This document shows positions 55,447-64,000 of a stretch of DNA of 64,000 bases, piece after piece. Source of the DNA: Sphingomonas sanxanigenens. Its GTDB lineage: Bacteria > Pseudomonadota > Alphaproteobacteria > Sphingomonadales > Sphingomonadaceae. Positions within the stretch are counted from its first letter, which is position 1. Every line of letters begins with the position of its first letter. Position numbers and translations under genes: made by a program. The DNA lies in assembly GCA_037190805.1 (NCBI GenBank), contig JBBCJR010000021.1, positions 32,735 through 96,734 of the forward strand, in the 5' to 3' direction. A model generated the notes under the pieces. It was not told the DNA's origin. It saw only the letters and a program-made list of their open reading frames with translations, and did not search any database.

Positions 55447-56120
55447 CAGCTGCCCCGGATCATGTAACCAGCGCCGCGGATCGTCTCGATGGCGTCTTCA
55501 TCGAATCCTGCGTTGAGTTTCGACCGTAAGCGGCTGAGATGTGTCTCGACGATGTTGGTCTTGGGATCGAAGTCGAAATCCCACACCCGCTCGAGCAGCA
55601 TGGTGCGTGTCAGGATGCGGCGCGGATTGCGCATCAGTTCGGCCAGCAAAGCGAATTCGCGGGGCTGAAGCGCCACGCGCCGCCCTCCGCGCTTTACCGT
55701 GCGCATATGAAAGTCGAGAGTGATATCGCCGACCGTAAGATGCTGGTTCTCTATCCGTACGGCGGGTCGCCGGCCTAGGGCGTTCAACCGTGCGGCGAGC
55801 TCGGAGAAAGCAAAGGGCTTGACCAGATAGTCATCGGCTCCGGCTTCCAGGCCATCGACCCGGTCGGCGATTCCGCCCATGGCGGTCAGCATGATGACCG
55901 GTGTCGTATTCTCCGCGGCGCGCAGCGCCTTCACCAGCGACAGACCGTCGAGGCCGGGCAGCATCCGGTCGAGAACGATGACATCGAACTCGCCGCTGGT
56001 GGCGAGGAACAAGCCATCGCGGCCCTCGGTGCTCAGCGTTACCCGATGACCGCCCTGTTTCAGTCCTTTCGCGATAAACTCGCTCGTTTCTCGCTCATCC
56101 TCGATGACCAAAATTTGCAT
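55446..56120 (-). CDS. OmpR-family response regulator
   Basis: 224 aa. DVIVLDRMLPGLDG. Winged helix LQPREFALLAELM...RGAGYMI. Its stop shares one nt with the kinase start. Confidence 0.9.
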   Translation of the reverse strand: MQILVIEDERETSEFIAKGLKQGGHRVTLSTEGRDGLFLATSGEFDVIVLDRMLPGLDGLSLVKALRAAENTTPVIMLTAMGGIADRVDGLEAGADDYLVKPFAFSELAARLNALGRRPAVRIENQHLTVGDITLDFHMRTVKRGGRRVALQPREFALLAELMRNPRRILTRTMLLERVWDFDFDPKTNIVETHLSRLRSKLNAGFDEDAIETIRGAGYMIRGS

Positions 56121-56128
56121 GGGGAACC

Positions 56129-57505
56129 CTAGCGCGTTTCTGGCCCGTTTCGCCAGCCGCCACCCAATGCCCGAAACAACGCCACCTCGGCTTGACCAAG
56201 GCTGATATCGCTTTGGACCGTGGCCAGCCGCGCGCCGGCGAAAGCGCGGTTGGCATCAACCTGAAGCAGGCTTGCGGCATCGCCCAGCCGCACGCGCGCG
56301 GCTGCGCGACGGGCATAGGCTTCGGCCGCGACAGCTGCGTCAGCGAGATCGCGGTTACGACGCACCTCGGCATCATAGGAGGCGAGGCCGGTCTCCACCT
56401 CACGCAGAGCCTTCAGGATGGCGGCATCCCAACTCGCCAGCGCCGCCCGTTCGCCTGCCTGGGCCTGCTCGAGCTCCGCCCGGGCGGACACCTGGTTGGG
56501 AAAGGCCCAGCTGATGAGGGGAGTGGCGACCGCGTCGAACCTGCCGGCAAGCAAGCCCAACGCGCCGCCAAGATTGACGCGCGGATAGAAATCGGCGCGC
56601 GCAACTCCAACGCGTGCGGCAGCCGCTGCCAACTTGCGTTCGGCTTCGCGCACGTCGGGACGACGCACTAGCAGGGCTGTGCCATCGCCGACCGGCGCCG
56701 CCGACTTCAGCCGCGGCATAACGGTGCATGAGATATCAAATGATCTCGCATCGACAGGCGGGCGCCCCTGCAGTGTAGCGAGCCGGTAGAGAGCATTGAT
56801 CCGGAGCGCTTCGAATGGCGCAATCGTAGCGCGGGTGGAGGCGGCAAGACTTGCCGTTTGCGCTACCTCGAGCTGTGAAACCTCACCGGCAGCCAGCTGT
56901 TCACGCACGAGCAGAACGGAGCGGTCCTGCGTATGTGAGACGGCCTTGGCTTCTTCGAGTGCGCGGCTGGCACCGCACAGCTCCACATAGGCCTGAACGG
57001 TATCGGCGACGACGGCGACCTTCACGGCGTCGAGCGCGGCGGCTTGTGCTTCCGCATCGGCGCGCGCGGCCAGCGCACCGGATCGCAGGCGTCCAAACAG
57101 GTCGATGTCCCAGCCGGCAGTTGCGGCAACATCCCATTTGCTTGTCGAGAGCGACGCCGCGCCAGGTTGATTGCTCGGATTATCGAGGGTCAACGAGCTT
57201 TCTACCGTCGTCGTCGGCAGGCGGACGGCCTGCGCCTGACTGAATGCCGCGCGTGCGGCATCTAGGTTGGCATAGGCGACGCGCAGATCGGCGTTTGCGG
57301 CAAGGCTTGCCTCCACCAGCCTGTCGAGCTGACGGTCGTCGTAGAGATGCCACCAATTGTCGGGAACGGGCGTGATCGAGGCCACCGCGAATTGGCCGAA
57401 GGGACCAGCTGCGCTGGGTGGGATCGTTGACGGAGACGGCGCCGGCGTCGTCATACAGGCAGTCACGCCGAGCAGCATGAGTGGAGCAAGGCAATAAGAG
57501 TTCAT
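56129..57505 (-). CDS. RND efflux outer-membrane factor lipoprotein (NodT family)
   Basis: 458 aa with lipobox LLGVTAC and a two-repeat OMF architecture. ATGA overlap with the RND gene. Confidence 0.85.
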   Translation of the reverse strand: MNSYCLAPLMLLGVTACMTTPAPSPSTIPPSAAGPFGQFAVASITPVPDNWWHLYDDRQLDRLVEASLAANADLRVAYANLDAARAAFSQAQAVRLPTTTVESSLTLDNPSNQPGAASLSTSKWDVAATAGWDIDLFGRLRSGALAARADAEAQAAALDAVKVAVVADTVQAYVELCGASRALEEAKAVSHTQDRSVLLVREQLAAGEVSQLEVAQTASLAASTRATIAPFEALRINALYRLATLQGRPPVDARSFDISCTVMPRLKSAAPVGDGTALLVRRPDVREAERKLAAAAARVGVARADFYPRVNLGGALGLLAGRFDAVATPLISWAFPNQVSARAELEQAQAGERAALASWDAAILKALREVETGLASYDAEVRRNRDLADAAVAAEAYARRAAARVRLGDAASLLQVDANRAFAGARLATVQSDISLGQAEVALFRALGGGWRNGPETR

Positions 57506-60500
57506 GCTGGTATCTCCCGACTTTCGGCAGGCGATGCCGGGCGCTCCTCGCCGTAACGCGCATAAAGAGCCGGGAGCAACAGGAGGTTGAGCGCGGTGGA
57601 GGAGATAAGTCCGCCCAGGATCACGATCGCCATGGGATGCTCGATTTCATGACCGGGCGCGTCGCCCGCCACGATGAGGGGGACCAGCGCGAGCCCGGCG
57701 CAAGCCGCCGTCATCAGGATCGGCACCAGTCGCTCTTCTGCGCCGCGCAACACCAGTTCGCGGCCGAAGGCCATGCCCTCGTGCCGTTCCAGATGCTGGT
57801 AGTGGGAGAGCAGCATGATGCCGTTGCGCGCCGCGATGCCGATCACCGTCACGAAGCCAACCAGCGAACCCAGGGACAGCACGCCGCCGGTCAGGGCCAC
57901 TGCCATCACGCCGCCGACCAGGGCGAAGGGCAGGCTCACTCCGACCAGCGTGGTGATGCGGCGGGAGCGGAACTCGATCCATATGAGCAACAGAACTCCG
58001 ACAAGGCATAGCGCGCCGGTTGTCCACAGCCGTTGGCGTGATTCCTTGAGCGCGGCATATTCGCCGAGCACTTGCGGATGATAGCCGGTGGAGAAGGGCA
58101 CCTTGCCGACCTCCGCCTCGACGGCCTGAGCGACTACACCGAGATCGGCGCCCGAGACGTTCATCGTCACGTCGAGCCGGCGCTGGCCGTTCTCGCGCTT
58201 GATTTCATTTGGTGCCGGGATGATCTCGACGTCGGCAATGTCGGACAGCCGCACCGGCGCGCCGGTCGGCGCCTGAATCATCAGATCGCGCAGGGCATGG
58301 ATATTGTTGCGGACAGCCGGCTCGCCCCAAACAGCGACATCAAAGGCTTTCTGCTCTTGGTATATCTCACCGACCTTTTGTTGCGCTACCAGCGTTTGCG
58401 CTTGGCGCCGCACTTCACCCGCGGTCAGGCCGAGTCTTGCCATTTCATCAGGTTTGGGACGGATGCGAAGCTGCGCGACCAGCACCTGGCTTTCCAGCTT
58501 GAGGTCCGAGACGCCCTGAATCCCGCTAATTGCTTCGCGCACGCGCTGGCCGGCCGCGCGGAGTTCGTTCTGTTCTGGGCCATAAATGCGCACGACAATG
58601 GTGGCGCCCGCGCCGGTCAGCACTTCCTTGATGCGTTCGCGCAGATAGGTCAGCACATCTCGGAACAGCCCAGGATAGCCTTCCACGACCTCCTTGATGC
58701 GAGCGACCGAAGCGTCATAGTCGGCATTCTCGTCGAGACTGACCCATAGTTCGGTAAAATTGGGGCCGACGACTTCGTCGGCCTGTTCGGCCCGACCGAT
58801 ATGGGCACCGAAATTGCGTACGCCGGGAATGGCGCGCAGTTCCTTCGAGGCGCGGATCGTGATCCGGTCCATCGCCTCGATCGAGGTGCCCGGCTTCTCC
58901 ACAAAGTGCATGAGGAAATCCGTTTCACGGAAATCGGGCAGGAACTGGTCCTTGAAGGTGACATAACCGAGGCTGGCGAGCAGAAGGCCGCCGACGATGA
59001 TGCCGACAGCTGCCGTCGGACGTGCGATTATGGAGGGCAGAACGTTCGTATAACGGGTCTTCAGCCAGCTTACGAACCGTGTGTCCCGCTCTGCCTTGAG
59101 CGGAGCATTGGGCAAGAGAAACAAGCAGAGTGCCGGCGTCACCGTCAGCGCGACCAGCAGCGACGTGGCGATCGCCAGCACATAGGCGATTGCGAGAGGC
59201 TGGAAGAACGTGCCGGCAAGACCGCCAAGGAAAAATATCGGCAGAAAGACCAGCATGACGATCAGAGAGGCGAATACCACCGCCGAGCGAACCTCCAGTG
59301 AGGCCGCAAGCACGACATCGAATGCAGGCCTTTGATTTTCTGCTTCGCGATTGAGTCGCAAACGGCGCGCGATGTTTTCCACGTCGATGATCGCGTCGTC
59401 GACCACTTCACCCAGCGCGATGACCAGCCCCGCGATGACCATCACGTTGATCGTCGCGCCCGACCACAGCAGCACCAGCCCTGCACCGAGCAGTGACAGA
59501 GGTATGGCGGCAAGGCTGATGACCGCCTGGCGCCAGTCGCGGGTGAAGGCGAACAGGACCGCAGCCACGAGAATGCAGCCGATGACGAGCGCGCGCGTCA
59601 GATTGTCGATCGACCGTTCGATGAAGGTGGCCGGACGGAAGATGGTCGTATCGACCTTCACGTCCGGGAGGCCGGGTTTCATCTCCGCCATTGCCGCTTC
59701 GACGCCGTGCGTCAGGTCCAGCGTGTTGGCGGTAGGCTGCTTCTCAACTATCAGCATGATGCCTGGCACGTCGTCGATGATTGCGTTGCCGATCGGCGGC
59801 GCATGGCCGTCGACGACACGTGCGACATCGCGGATCCGTACCGGCGCGCCGCCCGACTGCTTGACGAGGGCCTGACCCAGTTCTCTTGCGTCCTGCACCA
59901 TGCCGGACTGCTGGACCGCAAGGCGCTGGTTGGGCGTGTCGAGAAAACCGCCGCCGCCGACCAGCACGGCATCCCCAGCGGCCGCGCGGACCTCAGCGAG
60001 GGTCACCCCTGCGGTACGCAACCGGTCAGGATCGACCAGAACCTGCAACTGGCGATCGCGCTGGCCCCAGACCGCGACATTGGCGACGCCCGGCACGGCC
60101 ATCAGGCGGGGACGGATCGTCCAGCGCACCAGTTCGGAGAGTTGCATCTGGTCGAGCTTGTCGGAGGTCAGGCCGATCTTCATCGCCCGGCTGGTCGATG
60201 AGAGCGGCGGCATCACTACAGCCTGCCGCGCGGCCGTTGGCAGACGTGCCTGTACCTGAGCGACCCGCTCTGCAACCATCTGCCGCGCGCGCATGACATC
60301 GCTTCCGCGCTCGAAGAGGATCTGGACAGACGAGAGGCCAAGCACTGACTTTGAACGAAGCGTCATCAGATCGGGGACGCCATTGACTGCGGTTTCGATC
60401 GGCACGGTTACAAGGCTCTCCACCTCTTCCGTGGAGAGGCCCGGCGCTTCGGTCTGTATTTCGACCATGGGTGGCGCGAACTCGGGGAACACATCGAGCG

Positions 60501-60603
60501 GAACATTGCCGCCCGCTCTTACCCCTAAGACGACGAGCAAGCCGGCGATTGCGAGGACGAGGACGCGCTGTACGAGCGCGAAACGGACCAGCCCGGCGAG
60601 CAT
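57502..60603 (-). CDS. Heavy-metal efflux RND transporter (CzcA/CusA family)
   Basis: ATG 60603 (TAATG overlap with the adaptor stop). 1033 aa starting [21 protein letters not shown]..., with a 12-TM RND layout. I discarded the upstream 56 codons of the track ORF. Confidence 0.9.
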   Translation of the reverse strand: MLAGLVRFALVQRVLVLAIAGLLVVLGVRAGGNVPLDVFPEFAPPMVEIQTEAPGLSTEEVESLVTVPIETAVNGVPDLMTLRSKSVLGLSSVQILFERGSDVMRARQMVAERVAQVQARLPTAARQAVVMPPLSSTSRAMKIGLTSDKLDQMQLSELVRWTIRPRLMAVPGVANVAVWGQRDRQLQVLVDPDRLRTAGVTLAEVRAAAGDAVLVGGGGFLDTPNQRLAVQQSGMVQDARELGQALVKQSGGAPVRIRDVARVVDGHAPPIGNAIIDDVPGIMLIVEKQPTANTLDLTHGVEAAMAEMKPGLPDVKVDTTIFRPATFIERSIDNLTRALVIGCILVAAVLFAFTRDWRQAVISLAAIPLSLLGAGLVLLWSGATINVMVIAGLVIALGEVVDDAIIDVENIARRLRLNREAENQRPAFDVVLAASLEVRSAVVFASLIVMLVFLPIFFLGGLAGTFFQPLAIAYVLAIATSLLVALTVTPALCLFLLPNAPLKAERDTRFVSWLKTRYTNVLPSIIARPTAAVGIIVGGLLLASLGYVTFKDQFLPDFRETDFLMHFVEKPGTSIEAMDRITIRASKELRAIPGVRNFGAHIGRAEQADEVVGPNFTELWVSLDENADYDASVARIKEVVEGYPGLFRDVLTYLRERIKEVLTGAGATIVVRIYGPEQNELRAAGQRVREAISGIQGVSDLKLESQVLVAQLRIRPKPDEMARLGLTAGEVRRQAQTLVAQQKVGEIYQEQKAFDVAVWGEPAVRNNIHALRDLMIQAPTGAPVRLSDIADVEIIPAPNEIKRENGQRRLDVTMNVSGADLGVVAQAVEAEVGKVPFSTGYHPQVLGEYAALKESRQRLWTTGALCLVGVLLLIWIEFRSRRITTLVGVSLPFALVGGVMAVALTGGVLSLGSLVGFVTVIGIAARNGIMLLSHYQHLERHEGMAFGRELVLRGAEERLVPILMTAACAGLALVPLIVAGDAPGHEIEHPMAIVILGGLISSTALNLLLLPALYARYGEERPASPAESREIPA

Positions 60604-61604
60604 TAGTGCGCCGCCCCGAACTCGGTACCGAACAGTTCGGCTGCGCCTGCGGTTACCACTTCGGCGCCGCGTGCCAGTCCCTGGGAAAGCAGTGCCTGTC
60701 CGTTCACTTCCGAGGTGACGGCGATACGCTGGCGCACATAGGTATCTTGCGCTGTCTTTTGATAAACCCATTCTCCGCCATGGATGTCGCGCACGATGGC
60801 CGACGACGGCACCGATAGCCCTTTCATCCGGTTGCCGAGCGGCAAGTCGACTGCCACGCGTTGTCCGACGCGATATGTCCGGTCGTGGTTCGGCAGGGTA
60901 TAGTAAAGATCGACCGTACCGGCAGCGGCATCGGCTGAAGGCAGGGCCTGAACCGGGCGTGCGGTGCGCTGCGCTCCGCCTTCGCCAAGCGGCTGCACCA
61001 TGACCTGCGCTGAGTGCTGAACAGCGTCGATGTCGCTCCCGAATACCGACACGCGCACCCAGACGGTCGACTGGCTATTCAAAGCGGCGATCGGCGGACC
61101 CAGCAGCTGGCGCTGTTGCCGCGATGCTGTAAGTGCCGCATCAGCCGCCGCCAGGGCCGCGGCCGCTTCGTCCCTGGCCCGAATGCTGCCGGCTTCTTCC
61201 AGGACAAGGGCGTCGGCGCGGGTAAACGCGATTTTTGCGAGGCGTGCCTGCGCGGCTGTGCGGGCGACCTCACCGTCTGCTATGGCCTGTTGGACGCCGA
61301 TCTGCTGAAGGTTGGCGAGCGACCCGATCGGAACGCCGCCTGCGGCGATTGGGGGCGCGACGATCTCGCCGGAGACCGGCCGGGAGGCCGTCGCCGATCC
61401 TTCATCAACTCGTATGGTCGCGATTCCTAGTCGTTTCTGAGCCTCTGTCGTAAGCTTGAGTCTCAGAATCTCACTCTCATGGGCGACTAGTTCGGCATGA
61501 GAGGGGGGTATCGTATATTTGGTAGGGGTATCGCTGCAAGCGGCGAGGGCGAATGGGAGCAGGATGAGTATATAGCGCATGCAGCGACAATATCGCCGCT
61601 TCAT
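60603..61604 (-). CDS. RND efflux periplasmic adaptor (membrane fusion protein)
   Basis: Lipoprotein-type signal ...[12 protein letters not shown], alpha-hairpin region, beta-barrel C-terminus. Start is ATG 61604 or 61580. Confidence 0.8.
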   Translation of the reverse strand: MKRRYCRCMRYILILLPFALAACSDTPTKYTIPPSHAELVAHESEILRLKLTTEAQKRLGIATIRVDEGSATASRPVSGEIVAPPIAAGGVPIGSLANLQQIGVQQAIADGEVARTAAQARLAKIAFTRADALVLEEAGSIRARDEAAAALAAADAALTASRQQRQLLGPPIAALNSQSTVWVRVSVFGSDIDAVQHSAQVMVQPLGEGGAQRTARPVQALPSADAAAGTVDLYYTLPNHDRTYRVGQRVAVDLPLGNRMKGLSVPSSAIVRDIHGGEWVYQKTAQDTYVRQRIAVTSEVNGQALLSQGLARGAEVVTAGAAELFGTEFGAAH

Positions 61605-61640
61605 TAAATTGCGCTGGATTGTACTATACGATTTCCCAAC

Positions 61641-61660
61641 ATTCATGCAAAATCATGAAT
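61641..61660. promoter_or_regulatory. Perfect inverted repeat ATTCATG-CAAAAT-CATGAAT upstream of the efflux operon
   Basis: Read directly from the sequence, 37-56 nt upstream of ATG 61604 in an AT-rich spacer. It is flanked by ACGATTTC(C/T)C direct repeats at 61628-61637 and 61671-61680. Confidence 0.25.
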
Positions 61661-61949
61661 TATCGTATTGACGATTTCTCCCCTGGTGGAACATTATGAC
61701 TTAGGGCTATTTGGTCATACAGAGGCCTCATCCCACAGATTGATGAAATTCATTGAGACCGTAATTTCCGGAGCCTGTGACACGGCGCTTGGTGCGTAGC
61801 CTTTGCCCGGCATTCGGTTTCAACCACCCATAGTCATGGAGGCTTCGGCGCAAGGAATAGCTTTCCGTCGCATGCCGTCCACGGTCGGGATTTTCTTTGA
61901 GATTGCTGAAAGCCCGTGATTATTGAGGTGCCGTTGAAAGGAACGGCAC

Positions 61950-62042
61950 ATGGAAAAAAAAGCGCTGAGCGCAAAGACGGTTGACGTGTTCAAGCCGAAG
62001 ATCAAGCGCTACGATGTTCACGACCTGCTCTGTCCGGGCTTG
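61950..62042 (+). pseudogene. Integrase N-terminal (Arm/DUF4102-type) fragment, about 31 codons
   Basis: MEKKALSAKTVDVFKPKIKRYDVHDLLCPGL resembles the start of alphaproteobacterial DUF4102-type integrases (...LTA..V..LKP......D...PGLALRV). Similarity stops at the junction with the dnaE2 relic. Confidence 0.55.
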
Positions 62043-62446
62043 CCCGCGCCGCCAAGCTGCCATCCCGTGCCTTGCGCCTCCTGGATGATGCCGATGCTCT
62101 GCGATCGCTGGATATGGGCCGCCGCGACGCCTTGTGGGAAGCGCGGCAAACGCCGGCGGGAAGCCTGCCTTTGTTCGAACATGCCGACGTTCGCGAACTT
62201 AGCGACGAACCGGACGCCCGGCTTCTCGCCCTTCAGCCTTGGGAGGAGGTGATGACCGATTACCAGACTGCCCGCCTGTCGCTGAAAGGGCATCCGATGC
62301 AGTTCCTGCGACCGTTCTTCAAGGCCGAAGGGGTGATGAGTTGCGTGGAGGTGTGCGGTGCTCGCAACGGCAGGATCGTGCGCACGGCCGGCGTGGTACT
62401 GGTGCGGCAGCGTTCGGGCAAGGGCAATGCCGTCTTCGTCATGCTG
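62036..62446 (+). pseudogene. dnaE2: Error-prone DNA polymerase DnaE2 C-terminal fragment
   Basis: GLARAAKLPSRALRLLDDADALRSLDMGRRDALWEA...VMTDYQTARLSLKGHPMQFLRPFF...GRIVRTAGVVLVRQRSGKGNAVFV matches the C-terminal OB region of DnaE2. Nothing of the roughly 900 upstream residues is present, and similarity is lost after FVML. Confidence 0.7.
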
Positions 62447-62599
62447 GTGCCGGGCGAGGTCATGCAAGCCGGTGATCGAAGCAACCAATCCACGGTGTCG
62501 CTCGCGGGTCATCCCCGGTCCATGCGGATCGTACCGCCCTCACGCGACTTTCACTGACGGCAGATAGCTTGGCCCGGCTACCAGTCTCTGACTTTGGAG

Positions 62600-64000
62600 C
62601 TATGATGGCGGAAAGCTTAGGCGATAAATCAGCAGCCGGTTGTCATTGTCGACGGCTGAATCGCACGACTGGCCAGACATCCGACACTGGCGCGCGGTAA
62701 AATCGTTGTCGTTGCCGACAATCAGAAAGTAATCCTTTGGATGGTCCGGTTCCAATGCGGGGACGAGGTCCATTGCTTCCCATTTTTCGGACAGTCCCTC
62801 GACGGAAAGGCCGAAGCGCGCCAGCTGCGCCGGATTGAGCATGTTTACCAACTCGCCCCACTCGGCCGGAACCATGCCCTGCATCAATGCGCGCCCATCG
62901 GGATCCAGTAGCAAGGATGTCGTGCCGGTCTCATATTCGGTTCCGGCAAGATTCGTTGCCCCTGTTAAATCCACCAGCAGTATCGTCTTATAGACGACGG
63001 GATTGCTGGTGGCGGCCCCGCGTCCCGCAGCATCGCGCGCGAGCATCAGGAAACGATGGCCGTCAAGCGCGATGATTTCACTCTGCGCCGCCGTGTGGTC
63101 GGGCGCGCCGCCATCACCTGCCGCGCGATAGACCGGAAGCTGGACGACATGATGCGCCATGGGGCGCGCAGGGGTTGGCGTGCGGCTCACATCATAGGCC
63201 AGCACCCGGGTGTTCAAGCGCCCGGCGGCATTGCCGGAGGTGCTGTCTTGCATCAACGCGCTTTGCATCGCCACCAACAAGGTGCGGCCATCGGGCGATA
63301 GCGACATGCCCTCCACCCCCTGATTGTTGCGCCGACCTGTCTCCGGCGGCCGCAACGAACCGAAATAGGGCTTTCCGTTTCGGCGTGGCATGACCGCCTC
63401 GGGCGGGCGTATCACGCCCCGCAAATGACCGTGGCGGTCGAAATAATAGATGTTCGCCGTGTATTCGTCACCGACGTAGAAATTGCCGTCGCGCGTAAAC
63501 TGAAGGGATTCAGCGTCGAGCGACACTTTGCCAGCGCCGACGCCAGCGGCCGGCGCGGGTAGCAGGATACTACGCTGTGTCACCGTACCCGTCTCGGGAT
63601 CGGCGCCAGTGAATGGTCGTCCGCGAAAATCGCGCAGCTTCAATCCGCCATCGGGAATGATGATGACGCGGCCATCGGCCGGAGTGAAGCGGATACGGAA
63701 ACGATGGAGCCGTGCCGGATAGTCGAAGAACACATTCGCGTCGGGGTCATTGTGTCCCCGGTCGGGTAGCGTCCAGAGAATTCCCTCATAGCCCGTTCCG
63801 GTGCGTTTCCAGCTGCCGGGCGCGATCTTCAGAGAAGAAAAAGAACCCAATGTGTCGCCGAGAAAATCCGTCGTGTCGGCAGGAAGTTCGCCTGCGCCGA
63901 CCAGCCCCCGGCTGACGTAGGTCATGCCGTTCAGCGACAGGCGATGTCCGCCTTCCTGCTGTTCCAGATGTGGCCGGGTGATGGGCTCTTTCCCGGCAGC
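62600..64000 (-). CDS. Esterase-like activity of phytase (Phytase-like) family protein; 5' end outside the window
   Basis: The frame stays open to nt 64000 (AAGKEPITRPHLEQQEGGHRLSLNG precedes the track M). LWTLPDRGHNDPD..., FTRDGNFYVGDEY, NNQGVEGMSLSPDG and KWEAMDLVP resemble beta-propeller Phytase-like proteins. Confidence 0.65.
   Translation of the reverse strand, partial: AAGKEPITRPHLEQQEGGHRLSLNGMTYVSRGLVGAGELPADTTDFLGDTLGSFSSLKIAPGSWKRTGTGYEGILWTLPDRGHNDPDANVFFDYPARLHRFRIRFTPADGRVIIIPDGGLKLRDFRGRPFTGADPETGTVTQRSILLPAPAAGVGAGKVSLDAESLQFTRDGNFYVGDEYTANIYYFDRHGHLRGVIRPPEAVMPRRNGKPYFGSLRPPETGRRNNQGVEGMSLSPDGRTLLVAMQSALMQDSTSGNAAGRLNTRVLAYDVSRTPTPARPMAHHVVQLPVYRAAGDGGAPDHTAAQSEIIALDGHRFLMLARDAAGRGAATSNPVVYKTILLVDLTGATNLAGTEYETGTTSLLLDPDGRALMQGMVPAEWGELVNMLNPAQLARFGLSVEGLSEKWEAMDLVPALEPDHPKDYFLIVGNDNDFTARQCRMSGQSCDSAVDNDNRLLIYRLSFPPS

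Noticed and set aside
37445-62042. Single-inversion model in which one integrase gene was split, leaving its C-terminal half at 37.4-38.0 kb (minus strand) and its N-terminal piece at 61.95 kb (plus strand)
   Set aside because: The orientations fit the model. However, the two pieces are not contiguous: roughly 170 codons are missing. The model also predicts dnaE2 sequence next to 38046, where I see only AT-rich non-coding DNA. I keep it as an open question inside the mosaic finding, not as a claim.
1-64000. CRISPR arrays, tRNA/rRNA/tmRNA genes, and phage-defence or toxin-antitoxin systems
   Set aside because: - I found no regularly spaced direct repeats.
- I found no cloverleaf-like T-arm sequences (GGTTCGAATCC type), including next to the integrase relics at 37.2-37.4 kb and 61.7-61.9 kb.
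- I found no nuclease, helicase or ATPase-type defence genes.

This was a visual scan only, so short or degenerate elements could have been missed.

Overview
GC-rich chromosomal segment. My hand counts give about 65-77% G+C in typical genes and 28-40% in a few short spacers. It looks alphaproteobacterial, probably a sphingomonad, but the taxon is inference only. All family names come from reading the translated motifs; no searches were run.

Layout, left to right:
1. 1-4.5 kb: a FecI/FecR/FecA-type iron signalling module plus an M23 peptidase.
2. 4.66-19.26 kb: a compact surface-glycan locus. Ten co-directional genes are joined mostly by 4-nt ATGA/GTGA overlaps. In order: HpcH-like, IMPase-like, OPX exporter, PCP, GtrB-like GT2, polytopic GT-C-like protein, SDR, ThDP enzyme, GtrA, methyltransferase. 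These are followed by convergent rfbG-rfbF and a divergent ArnT/PMT-like GT-C enzyme.
3. 19.3-22.9 kb: housekeeping genes (RNase H-like protein, rluE, FAD protein, OmpA-like protein).
4. 23-26 kb: a lower-GC islet of small proteins, with a cspA-infA tandem and a half-degenerate cold-shock-domain paralogue.
5. 26-37 kb: trhO, a TonB-receptor relic, a Tat-signal aldo-keto reductase, an orphan secreted protein, a penicillin-acylase-family enzyme, an IS3 relic, and a siderophore esterase plus receptor.
6. 37.2-62.6 kb: a mosaic of about 25 kb bounded by decayed integrase fragments. It carries a Csu-like (SCPU) archaic chaperone-usher pilus operon, nested IS relics, a TonB receptor, an orphan ORF with a two-component system, FbpABC plus YbaN, a czc-like RND metal efflux operon with its own two-component system, and a dnaE2 relic.
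7. 62.6-64 kb: a phytase-like esterase gene running off the right edge.

I found no rRNA, tRNA, CRISPR array or recognisable phage-defence genes by eye.

The best candidate for undescribed biology is the glycan locus. It appears to make a CDP-activated branched or methylated 6-deoxyhexose and to deliver it through a GtrA/GtrB/GT-C route next to an exporter pair. It lacks every usual initiation, flipping, polymerisation or ABC component.
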